NCBI GenBank assembly: GCA_020353355.1
Contig: CP070694.1
Location: 2,447,026 to 2,511,025, forward strand
Direction: 5' to 3'
Origin: Desulfobacterales bacterium
GTDB lineage: Bacteria > Desulfobacterota > Desulfobacteria > Desulfobacterales > JAHEIW01
DNA length: 64,000 nucleotides
Shown here: piece after piece, positions 17,450-25,922 of the stretch
How the letters are laid out: each line of letters opens with the position of its first letter
Numbering within the stretch: the stretch's first letter is position 1
Position numbers and translations under genes: made by a program
Notes under the pieces: model-generated
The model's input: the letters and a program-made list of their open reading frames with translations, nothing else
What the model was told of the DNA's origin: nothing
The model's database searches: none

Positions 17450-20338
17450 ATGAGCGATCAACAACCCCTATACAACAGCAGGATAACTCGCACCTATCTT
17501 CAGTACCTGCGTAAAAATTATCCTGATATCACTATCGATGCGCTCCTGGAAAAAGCGGGGATAGCCAATTATGAAATTGAAGATCCGGGGCACTGGTTTA
17601 CACAGGAGCAGGTTGATCGCTTTCATGAAACCTTGATCATCGAAACCGGTGATGCCGATATTGCCAGAAAAGCAGGTCGCTTTGCGGGATCCTCTGAAGG
17701 GGTAGAGGGCGCCGCGAAGCAAATGGTAATGGGCTTAATGAGTCCGACAGCAACGTATCTGCTGGTGGAGAAACTCTATGCCATCATGAGCCGCGGCGCC
17801 ATTGTTAGGGCCAAGAAATTGGGACCGGATAAAGTGGAAATTGTTTCCATGCCCAAAACGGGGGTCGCGGAAAAAGCGTATCAGTGTCAAAACAGAACCG
17901 GATTTTTTGAGTCTCTGGCAAAGTGGTTTACGGATAAATATGCAACGGTGGAACATCCGGAGTGTTTCCACAGGGGTGATGAATTCTGCCGTTATATCGT
18001 TGCCTGGGAAAAAACGCCCGCGCTCATCTGGAAACGAATTCGCAACTATTTAATGCTCGGCGCTGTGTTGGCCTTTCTGGTTCTACTGCCCCTGGTGTCC
18101 TTAAAAACATGGGGAATAATTTTTCTGTTGAGTACCTTTTTCCTTGGAATTCTATCCCAGTATGCCAGCCATCTTGAAAATCAAGAATTAACCAGAACCA
18201 TTGAAACCCAAAAGGCAGCCGCTGAAGAAAATTTAGTCGAAAGCAATATTCGCTACAACAATGCTTTGCTTATTCAGGAAATCGGCCAGGTGGCCTCAAA
18301 AATTTTGGCCGTTGATGAGCTGATGAGAAATGTGGCCAGCGTTATGGAAAAGCGTCTGGATTTTGATCGCGGCATGATTATGCTGGCTGATAGGGACAGA
18401 GCCCGTCTAAATTACATGGCGGGTTATGGTCATACAAAGGAGCAAGAAGAATTTTTAAAACAAACTGCGTTTAACCTGGATAATCCTGAATCCAGGGGAC
18501 TGTTTGTTCTGGCAATGCGAGAGCGCAAACCATTTCTGATTGATAACATAAATGAAATTGAAAACACGCTTTCGGAAAAAAGTCTGACCTTTGCAAAACG
18601 AATGGGAAGTCGATCCCTGATCTGTGTCCCGATTATATATGAAAAGGAATCTCTGGGCATTTTGGCAGTGGATAACAGTAAATCCAAAATGCCCTTGAAA
18701 CAAAGTGACATGAGTTTGTTGATGGGAGTGGCGTCTCAGTTAGCCATCAGTATTACCAACGCCATGTCATTTAAAAAACTCCAGCAAAGTGAGACCAAAT
18801 ATCGCGAACTGATTGAAACCGCCAATAGTATTATCCTGCGGATGGACGCCGAGGCAAATATCACGTTTTCCAATGAATTTGCCCAAAGATTTCTGGGTTA
18901 TACTGAAGAAGAAATGCTTGGCAGAAATGCCGCGCGCATAATTTTCCAGGACAGCGTGTCCACTCAACAAGGGTTTAATCAACTCATCAATTCAATGCGA
19001 CGAAATCCTGAAATTTCGGTGGTCAGTGAAAATGAGACCTCACGTCGAAACGGCGAAAAAGTATGGATCGCATGGGCCTACAAGCCGATCTTTGACGATG
19101 AGGGAAAATTTCGTGAAATCCTGTGTATTGGCAATGATATTACGGAGCTTAGACGAGCGGACCGAGAAAAAAAGGACTTACAGGCGCAACTTCAACGCGC
19201 ACAAAAAATGGAGGCCATCGGAACCCTGGCCGGTGGAGTGGCCCATGACCTGAACAATATCTTGTCCGGTATCGTCAGCTATCCCGATCTCCTGTTGATA
19301 GATCTGCCGCAGGAAAGCCCTTTGTGCAAGCCGATTTTAACCATCCAGAAGTCCGGAGAAAAAGCAGCAGCAATTGTTCAAGATCTATTAACTCTCGCCC
19401 GCAGAGGTGTGGCAGCCACAGAAGTCGTCAATTTAAACAGTATCATAATGGAATATCTGCTTAGCCCCGAGCATGCAAAATTAGAATTAAACCATCCCAA
19501 CGTAAAATTGGAGCGCCATCTAGATCCCAACCTGTTAAACATTTTAGGATCTCCGGTGCATTTATCAAAAACAATAATGAACTTAATATCCAATGCAGCT
19601 GAGGCCATGCCGGATGGGGGAAAAATCGTCATCACAACCGAAAACAGGCATGAAGACATACCCAAGAACGGTTTTGATGAGATTGATGCGGGAGATTATG
19701 CCACCGTGATAATAAAGGATACCGGAATTGGTATATCGCAGGAAGATCTCGAGCGAATTTTTGAGCCGTTTTACACGAAAAAATCCATGGGTAGAAGTGG
19801 AACCGGGCTTGGCATGGCAGTTGTCTGGGGAACGGTAAAAGATCACAGAGGGTTTATTGATATAAAAAGCAAAGAAGGAAAAGGAACCACGATTACGCTG
19901 TATATTCCGGTGACACGCCAAGCGTTTACCAAGGAAGTCGATCTTGTGTCATTGGAAAGTCTAAAAGGCCATGGAGAATCCATTTTGATCGTCGATGATG
20001 TCAAAGAACAACGCGAGATCGCATCCGAAATCCTCGAAAAACTGGGATATACGGTCAATACCGTCTCAAGTGGTGAAGAAGCCGTAAGCTATCTGCATGA
20101 GAGTTCAGCGGATCTGATGGTTCTGGATATGATAATGGATCCGGGAATTGATGGCCTGGAAACCTACCAAAAAGTCCTCGAAATAAAACCAAGCCAAAAA
20201 GCAATCATTGCGAGCGGGTATTCTGAATCAATACGGGTTAAAGAGGCGCAACGGTTAGGTGCAGGTGCCTATGTAAAAAAGCCCTATTTACTGGAAAAAT
20301 TTGGTCGAGCAGTTCGAGCTGAGCTAGATAAATCGTAA
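17450..20338 (+). CDS. hybrid sensor histidine kinase (V4R-like N-domain, 2 TM, GAF, PAS, HisKA, HATPase_c, receiver)
   Basis: H-box GGVAHDLNNILSGI. N/G boxes (NLISNAAEAM, DTGIGI, GTGLGMAVV). Receiver ILIVDDV...DLMVLDMIMP-like...KKP. The N-terminal 190 aa end in ECFHRGDEFCRYIV, which resembles the Cys pair of V4R domains. Confidence 0.9.
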   Translation: MSDQQPLYNSRITRTYLQYLRKNYPDITIDALLEKAGIANYEIEDPGHWFTQEQVDRFHETLIIETGDADIARKAGRFAGSSEGVEGAAKQMVMGLMSPTATYLLVEKLYAIMSRGAIVRAKKLGPDKVEIVSMPKTGVAEKAYQCQNRTGFFESLAKWFTDKYATVEHPECFHRGDEFCRYIVAWEKTPALIWKRIRNYLMLGAVLAFLVLLPLVSLKTWGIIFLLSTFFLGILSQYASHLENQELTRTIETQKAAAEENLVESNIRYNNALLIQEIGQVASKILAVDELMRNVASVMEKRLDFDRGMIMLADRDRARLNYMAGYGHTKEQEEFLKQTAFNLDNPESRGLFVLAMRERKPFLIDNINEIENTLSEKSLTFAKRMGSRSLICVPIIYEKESLGILAVDNSKSKMPLKQSDMSLLMGVASQLAISITNAMSFKKLQQSETKYRELIETANSIILRMDAEANITFSNEFAQRFLGYTEEEMLGRNAARIIFQDSVSTQQGFNQLINSMRRNPEISVVSENETSRRNGEKVWIAWAYKPIFDDEGKFREILCIGNDITELRRADREKKDLQAQLQRAQKMEAIGTLAGGVAHDLNNILSGIVSYPDLLLIDLPQESPLCKPILTIQKSGEKAAAIVQDLLTLARRGVAATEVVNLNSIIMEYLLSPEHAKLELNHPNVKLERHLDPNLLNILGSPVHLSKTIMNLISNAAEAMPDGGKIVITTENRHEDIPKNGFDEIDAGDYATVIIKDTGIGISQEDLERIFEPFYTKKSMGRSGTGLGMAVVWGTVKDHRGFIDIKSKEGKGTTITLYIPVTRQAFTKEVDLVSLESLKGHGESILIVDDVKEQREIASEILEKLGYTVNTVSSGEEAVSYLHESSADLMVLDMIMDPGIDGLETYQKVLEIKPSQKAIIASGYSESIRVKEAQRLGAGAYVKKPYLLEKFGRAVRAELDKS

Positions 20339-20372
20339 ATTCCAAGCATCAAATCTCATCGTTCTTTTTGCT

Positions 20373-20522
20373 GGTTTCGGGTGTCGTTTCTCTGGTTTCA
20401 GGTGTCGGGTGTCAGGTGTCAGTAACACAAGCGCTGAAACCCGCAACGCGAGACTCGTAACGCGTAACCCTGACCCCTGACACCCGACACCTACTCATTA
20501 CTGAAACCTGACACCTGAAACC
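20373..20522. repeat. 150-bp heptad-periodic composite palindrome (GGTGTCR / YGACACC units)
   Basis: Left arm: ggtttcg/ggtgtcg/tttctct/ggtttca/ggtgtcg/ggtgtca/ggtgtca. Right arm: ctgaccc/ctgacac/ccgacac/ctactca/ttactga/aacctga/cacctga/aacc. Region 20394-20422 matches the reverse complement of 20470-20492 at 22/23 positions. Central spacer is 47 nt. Confidence 0.85.
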
Positions 20523-20618
20523 TTGTTCATTGGGATTTGCTATTTAGAACTTCCAATAGTCCAGCACTCCGCTTGGTTCCAGCCGGACAGATCCAGCTAC
20601 TATGGAAAGGATATAAAT

Positions 20619-22697
20619 ATGACGAATAAGGTTAGTTGGTTTAAAACCCACTGCGCTCGAATGGATCATGGTGGCTGTGCCATCCAAGTGGGTGTCAAAG
20701 ATAATAAGATTGTCAGAATCAAAGGTGATCCGGACGGGTTTTTGAACCGGGGCTATATTTGTCCCAAAGGAATCGCATCAGCACAACGTCTCACACATCC
20801 GTTACGACTCAAACACCCGCTAAAAAGAAAAGGTGCGCGGGGAGAAGGCCAATGGCAAACAATTCCTTGGGATGAGGCTATCGCTCATATCAGTGAAAAA
20901 CTTCAACTTGTAAAAGACCGCATTGGGGCAAAGGGTGTCGCATTCTGCCAGGGTATGCCAAAAGGACTGGAACATTTTGTGCTGATCCGCCTCGCCAACG
21001 TGTTTGGATCTCCCAATGTGGTTGTCATCCAGGATGTCTGTCATGCACCTCGTGAAATCAGCGGACTCCATACCTGCGGATTCTATCCCGTTGCAGATTT
21101 TCATCATCAAAGTAAGCTGGCAATGCTGTGGGCCAGCAATCCAACCAGCACCAACGAGGAAGGTCAAATCTGCAGCTTATTACTCAAACAAATCAAGCGG
21201 GGAACCGAATTCATCGTCATTGATCCACGGCACACGGAATTGGCTGCCAAAGCCGATTACTGGTTACAAATTCGCCCCGGAACGGATCATGCACTGGCTC
21301 TGGCCTTTTTAAATGTAATTATCAGCGAAAAACGCTTTGATGAAGATTTTGTTAACCATTGGACCTACGGATTTGACGAACTGGCCGAGCATGTAAACCA
21401 GTACCCTCCGGAGAAAATGTCTCAGGTCACCTGGATTCCGGCTGATAAAATCAGGGAAAGCGCCAGACGCTATGCCGCCGCCCGCCCTGCGAAAATCGTT
21501 TGGGGAAACCCCCTTGAACAAAACATACATACCTTTGACACACTGCGCGCACTAATCTGCCTGATGGCGATTTGTGGAAATCTAGATGTTCCTGGCGGCA
21601 ACATTCATGCCAATGATCCCCGAATTCTGGGACTGGGTAAATTCGTCAGAGCCGACCTACTGCCGTCCAAGCGAACAGAAATGATTCATGCCCATCACGG
21701 CACTATCCCTAAAATGATGACGGTCCCGCCGGCGTTTTTCAGAAAAGCCATCCTTAGCGGGGAGCCCTATCCGGTTCAGGCGGCATATATCCAGTGTGCG
21801 AATCCATTGCTCGCTTACGCCGATAGCCGTCAGACGCATGAAGCAATGATGAAGCTCGATTTTTTGGCCGTATCCGACATTTTCATGACACCCACGGCGG
21901 CGTTGGCAGACATTGTGTTGCCGGCTGCCACCCAGTTTGAGTTTAATGATATCGGCCATTACGGGCTGGGACATGGATACATTCTGGCACGCCCCAAAAT
22001 CGTGGAGCCACCTGACGAATGTTGGCCTGATATTAAGATTCTAAACGAACTGGGCAAGTCGCTCACGTCTTCAGAACTTTGGTATGACACCTATGAAGGA
22101 CTTTTAGACGCCGTGGTGGCACCCGCCGAAATCAACTATAACCAATTTGCGATATGCGGCTATTTAAAGGCAGACGATCAATTTAGAAAATACGAAGCTT
22201 CGGGATTTGCGACAAAAACCGGCAAAGTCGAGTTGTCCCTAAGCCAGGCGGATAAATTTCATTTAGCGCCACTGCCTAGCTATGACGGGCTGCCGGAGTC
22301 GGAGGACCCTGAATATCCATTGATTCTAACAAGCGCCAAGAGTGCATATTTTCTGCATTCGTCGTATCGATGGCTGGAAAAACTGAGAGCAAAACAGCCA
22401 CGACCACAGACGTTGATCCACCCGCAAACAGCTGCCGAACATGGTATTGGAGAAAATGATGAAATCATTATCGAGACCCGTTCGGGACACATTACCCAAT
22501 TTGCCCGCGTGACGGATAAGGTACACCCGAAAGTCATCTATGCGGCTTATGGATGGTGGTTTCCGGAAGGGAAAATAGAAGATCTGTATGGATGGGAAAA
22601 ATCAAATTTCAACATGCTGACGTCAACCGCTAAATTGGGGCCCGAGTTCGGAACTCCCAATCTTAAAGGGATCAATTGTATAGTTCGGCGAAAATAG
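20619..22697 (+). CDS. cytoplasmic molybdopterin/tungstopterin oxidoreductase (MopB/DMSO-reductase superfamily), substrate unknown
   Basis: Start at ATG 20619 (GGAAAGG upstream); the ORF-track extension back to 20523 lies inside the palindrome. MopB domains throughout, with a C-terminal molydopterin-dinucleotide-binding barrel (GENDEIIIETRSGHI). No twin-arginine signal. N-terminal Cys pattern is C-x7-C-x27-C. Confidence 0.85.
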   Translation: MTNKVSWFKTHCARMDHGGCAIQVGVKDNKIVRIKGDPDGFLNRGYICPKGIASAQRLTHPLRLKHPLKRKGARGEGQWQTIPWDEAIAHISEKLQLVKDRIGAKGVAFCQGMPKGLEHFVLIRLANVFGSPNVVVIQDVCHAPREISGLHTCGFYPVADFHHQSKLAMLWASNPTSTNEEGQICSLLLKQIKRGTEFIVIDPRHTELAAKADYWLQIRPGTDHALALAFLNVIISEKRFDEDFVNHWTYGFDELAEHVNQYPPEKMSQVTWIPADKIRESARRYAAARPAKIVWGNPLEQNIHTFDTLRALICLMAICGNLDVPGGNIHANDPRILGLGKFVRADLLPSKRTEMIHAHHGTIPKMMTVPPAFFRKAILSGEPYPVQAAYIQCANPLLAYADSRQTHEAMMKLDFLAVSDIFMTPTAALADIVLPAATQFEFNDIGHYGLGHGYILARPKIVEPPDECWPDIKILNELGKSLTSSELWYDTYEGLLDAVVAPAEINYNQFAICGYLKADDQFRKYEASGFATKTGKVELSLSQADKFHLAPLPSYDGLPESEDPEYPLILTSAKSAYFLHSSYRWLEKLRAKQPRPQTLIHPQTAAEHGIGENDEIIIETRSGHITQFARVTDKVHPKVIYAAYGWWFPEGKIEDLYGWEKSNFNMLTSTAKLGPEFGTPNLKGINCIVRRK

Positions 22698-22733
22698 GCT
22701 CACAAAAAACCAAAGGGTTATTTGGGGTAACCC

Positions 22734-23387
22734 CTAAGTTGCTCGAAGCATCTTATATAACGAAGCCGGGTAAAGAAATGTAAATTCATAGCGGGCAAAG
22801 CTCAGTACGTCTTTGTCGTGAATTTTAACAGGTTTTTTGTCCAGGCGTATCCCGTTCACCAAAGTACCATTGGTTGAGCCCAGATCCTTGAGGTAAAACG
22901 ATCCATTATCGACATGAATGACCGCGTGCTTTTTCGAAATGGCAAAATCAGGCATGATCATATCGTTTCCATCAACACGTCCGATGGTAAAAGAGCGACT
23001 AGAAGTGGTTGAATATTCACCCTTTACCAATGGATAAATTGCGTGCCGAAGCGCTTCAGAAGCAGATGATGCACCGGGATTGGTATTGCTGGGTTCAAAA
23101 ATTTGGGTTCGATTCATTTCATTGCTGGAGTTTCCTTCCTGATTCGAAATTCTCCCGGCTTGGATGGCAGAACCGGCGAGCACCGGCTGTTGCAATAATC
23201 GCGCGAATGCGTCTTTATCCTTTTCTTCGACGATTTTGCGCAAGCTCACCAAGCCGATTCGACCCGATGCGCTTAACATTTTGGCGATATCACCAGAGGG
23301 AGATGAAGCAGCGGTTTTTTGTGAGGAATCTGTGCTGCCTTCGTCAGATTTCAATTTCTTCAACCGGGAAAATGTCTTGCGCAGCAT
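22734..23387 (-). CDS. FHA-domain protein with disordered Ser-rich N-terminal half
   Basis: ATG 23387 is preceded by AAGGAGGG. C-terminal FHA signature FTIGRVDGNDMIM...ISKKHAVI...DLGSTNGTLVNG. Confidence 0.8.
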   Translation of the reverse strand: MLRKTFSRLKKLKSDEGSTDSSQKTAASSPSGDIAKMLSASGRIGLVSLRKIVEEKDKDAFARLLQQPVLAGSAIQAGRISNQEGNSSNEMNRTQIFEPSNTNPGASSASEALRHAIYPLVKGEYSTTSSRSFTIGRVDGNDMIMPDFAISKKHAVIHVDNGSFYLKDLGSTNGTLVNGIRLDKKPVKIHDKDVLSFARYEFTFLYPASLYKMLRAT

Positions 23388-23470
23388 TTTTCCCTCCTTG
23401 ATCAAAATTGATTTATTTTAAGTTATTACAATGTATTATCCCAGAAAACCCCCAGATTGTCAAGATTTGA

Positions 23471-23499
23471 TTGACTCGGCATTCGGAGCCTTATATGAT
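23471..23499 (+). promoter_or_regulatory. candidate sigma-70 promoter (sRNA or pgpH leader)
   Basis: TTGACT (23471-23476), 17 nt, TATGAT (23494-23499). Near-consensus. Confidence 0.45.
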
Positions 23500-23505
23500 A
23501 AGCGC

Positions 23506-23610
23506 TTGCAAACAAATTTAGTGCATTTTGTGGCAATAAATTTTCATTGAAACGAATGCCTAAAATTTTCCCCGGTATATTTGGGGAAAATTTTATTTAG
23601 GCGTGCCTTA
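23506..23610 (+). ncRNA. candidate about 100-nt small RNA or terminator-containing 5' leader of pgpH
   Basis: Bounded by the promoter above and an intrinsic-terminator-like hairpin: aaaattttcccc (23572-23583), 9-nt loop, ggggaaaatttt (23593-23604), then ATTT. Only a 14-codon ORF lies inside. Confidence 0.25.
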
Positions 23611-23663
23611 TCCGGATACCTTAGTACTTCGTACTTATAAACCGAAGGACTTAGGGTGCAGCC

Positions 23664-25907
23664 ATGATAAGAATATTTCTCAACATTACCCTCATTTTAG
23701 TGACTTTTTTTGCGTGTTATTTTGTGGATATTTATCTCCTTTTTCGGCCCCCGCAAGCAAAAAACGCCTCCTTCATTACCTTCCGGGCTCACCAGGCCTT
23801 CACCTATGATCAGAGGAAAGCTCTCAGTATAAATCGCAAAAAAGCTCACTTAAACTACGTGCCTGTTTTTCGGTATATTCCTGAACATGTTGAAGAATCA
23901 CGGAAAAAATTGAACGAATTAATCAACGAGTTTACCGTCTACCGGGCGGTAAAAGGAAGAGGCTCGGAAAACCTGGTTGTATATCTCAAAGAGCAGTTGG
24001 GCGTACAGGTGTCAAACCCGGAAGTCATCAGATTGCTAAAATACCGCGACCTAAAACAACTTCTCGATGGCATCCAGACCATCCAGGAATCAATCCTTCA
24101 GAACAAAATTTTAGAAGGTACCGAAAACCTGGAAGGTAAGAAAACCGTCGAAATCCTGAGTCCGAGCTCGAGTGAACCTGCGGTATTCTCTATCGGTAAT
24201 ATTACAACGCTGGACAAAGCTCGCTTTTCCATGCAAACCAAAATACATCAACTCTTCTGGCAGGTGGACAAAAAAATTCTGGATCCGATGGTTCAGATAT
24301 CTATTGCCACTCTGGTGCCCAATTTGGCCTATGACCAGCGTGTCAATGAGAATCGATTGGAAAAACTCGACCAGCAATTTCCCACCAAAACTATTAAATT
24401 TAAGCCTGGTGATGTTCTGGTGGCCGCCAGTAAGGTGATGCCAGAAGAAGATGTGCGCTTACTCACGAGCTATCGCAAGCAAATAAGCAACCAAATATAT
24501 CAAGATGCGCTTTGGATTTTATTTACGATCCTGTTTATGGTGGTTTTTTTTAATTTATTCATTTCAAATGTCGTTGCCGGTAGATCTTATACAGAACCGC
24601 CGTGCCACATTCTGCTGTCGTTGTTGATCATCCATATTATCATTTTGAAAGCATGCCTGATTTTCACACCATTTCCGATCTACTTTTTACCATTCAGTTT
24701 GCTTCCCTTGCTGGTGATATCGTTAAATCATGGAAGAATTATTGCCATTGGCACGACAGTGGTAGCCGCCATGTTGGCCAGCCTTTTTTGCGGCCATACC
24801 TTTGAAATCATTTTGTATTTCATATTTGGCGGGCTGACAGCGGCCCTGGTAGCCTCCCGCATACGAAAACGTTGGATGATCCTGGTTCCAGCGCTGCTGG
24901 TAGGTCTTATTAACGTCACCAGTGTCATAGCGTTTACCATTGACTGGCAAGCGACGGTTTTGCAAATTGAGGGTTTGCCGAACATTGGAATGAATATCTT
25001 TGGCAAGGTTTTCGAGGCCTTGATGATAGAAAATATCAGTTGGGCCTTTGTCGGTGGCATTGCCGCCGGCCCTCTGGCGCTGTTACTTTTACCGTTGCTT
25101 GAAGTGAGTTGGCAAACAGCGTCAACCTTTAAACTCAATCGATATACGGATCTACAACGCCCACTTCTGAAAAAGCTTCTGCATGAGGCCCGTGGCACCT
25201 ATCAGCATGCCATGATGGTGGCCTACTTGGCACAATCTGCCGGAGAGGCTATCGGGGCCAACACCCTTTTGCTGAGAATCGGTGCATATTATCACGATAT
25301 TGGAAAAATGAAGAATCCCGGTTACTTTATCGAAAACCAGTTTAATGGCGAGAACCCTCATGATATCTTGGATCCTGAGGAAAGCGCCAACATCATCATA
25401 GATCATGTCAGGTATGGTATGAAAATGGGCCAGGAATCTGGATTACCAAAGGTGGTGACCGACTTGATTTTACAGCATCACGGTACCCATTTGATTGAAT
25501 ATTTCTATAATTTAGCAACCAAAGCCAATCTGAGCGTATCGATTCAAGAGGATGATTTTCGATATCCGGGACCCAAGCCTCAGAGTATTGAAGCGGCTAT
25601 TTTAATGATCGCCGATGCCGTCGAGGCTGCTTCGCGCTCTTTAAAGGATCCGACCCGTACAAAATTTGAAAAAATGGTACGTCTCATCCTGGTTAAACGT
25701 ATCGTTGACGGTCAGTTTAGCGAATGTGATTTGAGGACTCGTGATCTTGAAAAAATTGTGCAGAGCTTGGTCGATTCGCTAGAAGCATCCTTTCACTCCC
25801 GCATACGCTATCCCTGGCAATCAACAGCGAAGCCTCCCAAAAAGGGAAGCTGGAGAATTGGTGGAACAGGCGCAAAGGAAAAGAAGGATCGCGCATTCCG
25901 ACTTTAA
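23664..25907 (+). CDS. pgpH: 7TM-receptor/HD-domain phosphodiesterase, PgpH (YqfF) family (cyclic-di-AMP phosphodiesterase type)
   Basis: N-terminal extracytoplasmic domain, seven TM helices, C-terminal HD domain (QHAMMVA...YYHDIGK...QHHGT...ADAVEAASR). Confidence 0.85.
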   Translation: MIRIFLNITLILVTFFACYFVDIYLLFRPPQAKNASFITFRAHQAFTYDQRKALSINRKKAHLNYVPVFRYIPEHVEESRKKLNELINEFTVYRAVKGRGSENLVVYLKEQLGVQVSNPEVIRLLKYRDLKQLLDGIQTIQESILQNKILEGTENLEGKKTVEILSPSSSEPAVFSIGNITTLDKARFSMQTKIHQLFWQVDKKILDPMVQISIATLVPNLAYDQRVNENRLEKLDQQFPTKTIKFKPGDVLVAASKVMPEEDVRLLTSYRKQISNQIYQDALWILFTILFMVVFFNLFISNVVAGRSYTEPPCHILLSLLIIHIIILKACLIFTPFPIYFLPFSLLPLLVISLNHGRIIAIGTTVVAAMLASLFCGHTFEIILYFIFGGLTAALVASRIRKRWMILVPALLVGLINVTSVIAFTIDWQATVLQIEGLPNIGMNIFGKVFEALMIENISWAFVGGIAAGPLALLLLPLLEVSWQTASTFKLNRYTDLQRPLLKKLLHEARGTYQHAMMVAYLAQSAGEAIGANTLLLRIGAYYHDIGKMKNPGYFIENQFNGENPHDILDPEESANIIIDHVRYGMKMGQESGLPKVVTDLILQHHGTHLIEYFYNLATKANLSVSIQEDDFRYPGPKPQSIEAAILMIADAVEAASRSLKDPTRTKFEKMVRLILVKRIVDGQFSECDLRTRDLEKIVQSLVDSLEASFHSRIRYPWQSTAKPPKKGSWRIGGTGAKEKKDRAFRL

Positions 25908-25922
25908 CCAAAGGAAATCAAT

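Noticed and set aside
20373-20522. Possibility that the periodic repeats (here and at 1364, 13067 and 62469) are CRISPR arrays
   Set aside because: The units are only 7-8 nt and directly abutting, with no unique spacers. The arms are inverted copies. No cas genes are present.
20523-20618. N-terminal extension of the Mo/W oxidoreductase ORF (track start 20523)
   Set aside because: The extension starts inside the palindromic repeat and lacks an RBS. ATG 20619 has GGAAAGG upstream, and the conserved N-terminus (MTNKVSWFKTHC...) begins there.
24728-25198. 156-aa minus-strand ORF inside pgpH
   Set aside because: It is antisense to the 7TM region of PgpH. Its composition is an artefact of hydrophobic codons read in reverse.
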